60,723 bases of DNA, from positions 1 to 60,723 of the forward strand of contig PMXR01000052.1 in the NCBI GenBank assembly GCA_003171035.1, written 5' to 3'. Numbering within the stretch: the stretch's first letter is position 1; every line of letters starts with the position of its first letter. Shown here one piece after another: positions 59,664-60,723 of the stretch. Under the pieces are notes generated by a model. The model saw only the letters and a list, made by a program, of their open reading frames with translations, was not told the DNA's origin and ran no database searches. The translations under genes and the position numbers were made by a program. The DNA comes from Chloroflexota bacterium (GTDB lineage: Bacteria; Chloroflexota; Limnocylindria; Limnocylindrales; CSP1-4).

Positions 59664-60112
59664 CAGTGCTGCCGGATCTCCCAGTCGTACGGGATGTCGT
59701 TGTCGAACGGATCGAGGCGGATGGAGCGGCTCGGATCGTGCGGGTGAGTGCAGCAATTGGCCACTATGGCCGTTTCGCTGCCCATGCCCTTGAAGCCGTT
59801 CCATACGCCGGGTGGGATCTGCACCAGGCTGTGGTTGTCCGGTCCGAGGAAGACCTCCATGACCTCGCCTCTGGTGGGCGAGCCCTCGCGATCATCGAAC
59901 AGGACGAGCTTGATCCGGCCGTGGATGCAGGCGTAGTTGAGGGTCATCTCGGCATGCTTGTGCCAGCCTTTGACGACGCCCGGGTAGATCGTCGAGAAGT
60001 AGATCTCACCGAACTCGGTGAAATGCGGATCGGTTCTCTTGAGCATGTGCAGTACCGTTCCACGCTCATCGGGGATCCGCTTGAGGGGGACTACGAGCAC
60101 GCCGTCGATCAT
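59663..60112 (-). CDS. dTDP-4-dehydrorhamnose 3,5-epimerase-like cupin
   Basis: The start is ATG 60112, with GTG 60118 as an alternative. Contains IPDERGTVLHMLK, GWHKH and PPGVWNGF. Size is about 149 aa. Confidence 0.8.
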   Translation of the reverse strand: MIDGVLVVPLKRIPDERGTVLHMLKRTDPHFTEFGEIYFSTIYPGVVKGWHKHAEMTLNYACIHGRIKLVLFDDREGSPTRGEVMEVFLGPDNHSLVQIPPGVWNGFKGMGSETAIVANCCTHPHDPSRSIRLDPFDNDIPYDWEIRQH

Positions 60113-60114
60113 CG

Positions 60115-60723
60115 TCACACCAACGTCAGCTTTGGACCTGGAATTATGAACTTGCCGCCCAGGCGCCGGTACTCTGCCTGTTGAGCCAGAATCTCTTCGG
60201 CGAAGTTCCAGGCGAGCAGAAGGCATTCGTCGGGTCGGCGGGCCACGAGCTGGTCCGGATCGACGATGGGTATATGCACGCCCGGCATCAGGAAGCCTTG
60301 CTTATGCGGGCTCCGATCGGCCACGAATGAGATCGTGTCGGTGCCGATCCCGAAGGCGTTGAGCAGAACCGCGCCTTTGGCCGCTGCCCCGTACGCGGCG
60401 ATTTGATGGCCTTGTGCCACGAGGGCGGCCATCATCGCCCGCAGTTCCCGTCCTAACTCCTCCACTCGGCCGGCGAAGGCGGCGTAGTACTCGGAGCCGC
60501 ACAGGCCGACGGCCGCTTCTTCGGCGAAGAGCGAGCGGACCGCCGCGCCCTGCTCGCCCGCTCCGGTGCGCATGGCGAAGACACGCAGAGATCCGCCGTG
60601 GACGGGGATCGCCTCCACATCGACCACAGTCAGCCCGTTGCGCTCGAAGACCCTCGAAAGAGCCGTGAGCGAGTGGTAGAAGAGATGCTCGTGGTAGATC
60701 GTGTCGAACTCGAGCCGCTCCAC
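60115..60723 (-). CDS. NDP-hexose C-methyltransferase (TylCIII-type), C-terminal part only; 5' end beyond window
   Basis: Contains FDTIYHEHLFYHSL, HGGSLRVF, AYGAAAKGAVLLN, ADRSPHKQG and LLAWNFAEEI. The frame is open to the window edge. Confidence 0.85.
   Translation of the reverse strand: MERLEFDTIYHEHLFYHSLTALSRVFERNGLTVVDVEAIPVHGGSLRVFAMRTGAGEQGAAVRSLFAEEAAVGLCGSEYYAAFAGRVEELGRELRAMMAALVAQGHQIAAYGAAAKGAVLLNAFGIGTDTISFVADRSPHKQGFLMPGVHIPIVDPDQLVARRPDECLLLAWNFAEEILAQQAEYRRLGGKFIIPGPKLTLV

Overview
High-G+C bacterial chromosomal window. Gene content looks monoderm-like (SpoIID-like, DUF3048, TagA/TagGH-like genes), but the phylum cannot be fixed from sequence alone. Positions 1-6.3 kb hold a type II fatty-acid synthesis / acetyl-CoA carboxylase operon: accC (5' truncated), fabZ, a metallophosphoesterase, fabF, accB, fabH, fabG. 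The rest (6.4-60.7 kb) is one very large cell-surface glycan super-locus. It contains gmd/rmd, ten Leloir glycosyltransferases (GT4 x4, GT2 x5, one GT26 TagA-like) and a Wzm/Wzt (TagG/H-like) ABC exporter. It also has a pseudaminic-acid-type nonulosonic-acid operon: a CapE/PseB-like dehydratase, PseC, a PseG-PseH fusion and PseI. A visibly lower-G+C minus-strand operon combines a polyprenyl-phosphate GT2, a flippase-like protein and a 744-aa GT-C-like membrane protein with amino-sugar tailoring genes (WecE-like, DegT-like, WbqC, methyltransferases, cytidylyltransferase). Further genes are a perosamine-synthase-like gene, GDP-fucose synthase, a LicD / nucleotidyltransferase / glycerol-1-phosphate-dehydrogenase trio, and a methylated/branched deoxysugar cassette at the 3' edge. 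The most interesting part is 48.2-58.0 kb. Four consecutive secreted proteins carry four different N-terminal heads: Ig-like repeats, GH18, SpoIID-like+FN3, and a possible His/Cys peptidase-like domain. Each ends in exactly three tandem copies of the same ~120-aa module, which I cannot assign to any named cell-wall-binding repeat. My working hypothesis is that this module is a new non-covalent anchor for the glycopolymer made by the surrounding locus. Many gene junctions are ATGA/GTGA overlaps, which suggests translational coupling. I recognised no rRNA, tRNA, CRISPR array, transposase or integrase. Many long ORFs in the supplied track are antisense or upstream-extension artefacts of the high G+C content, and I trimmed them.
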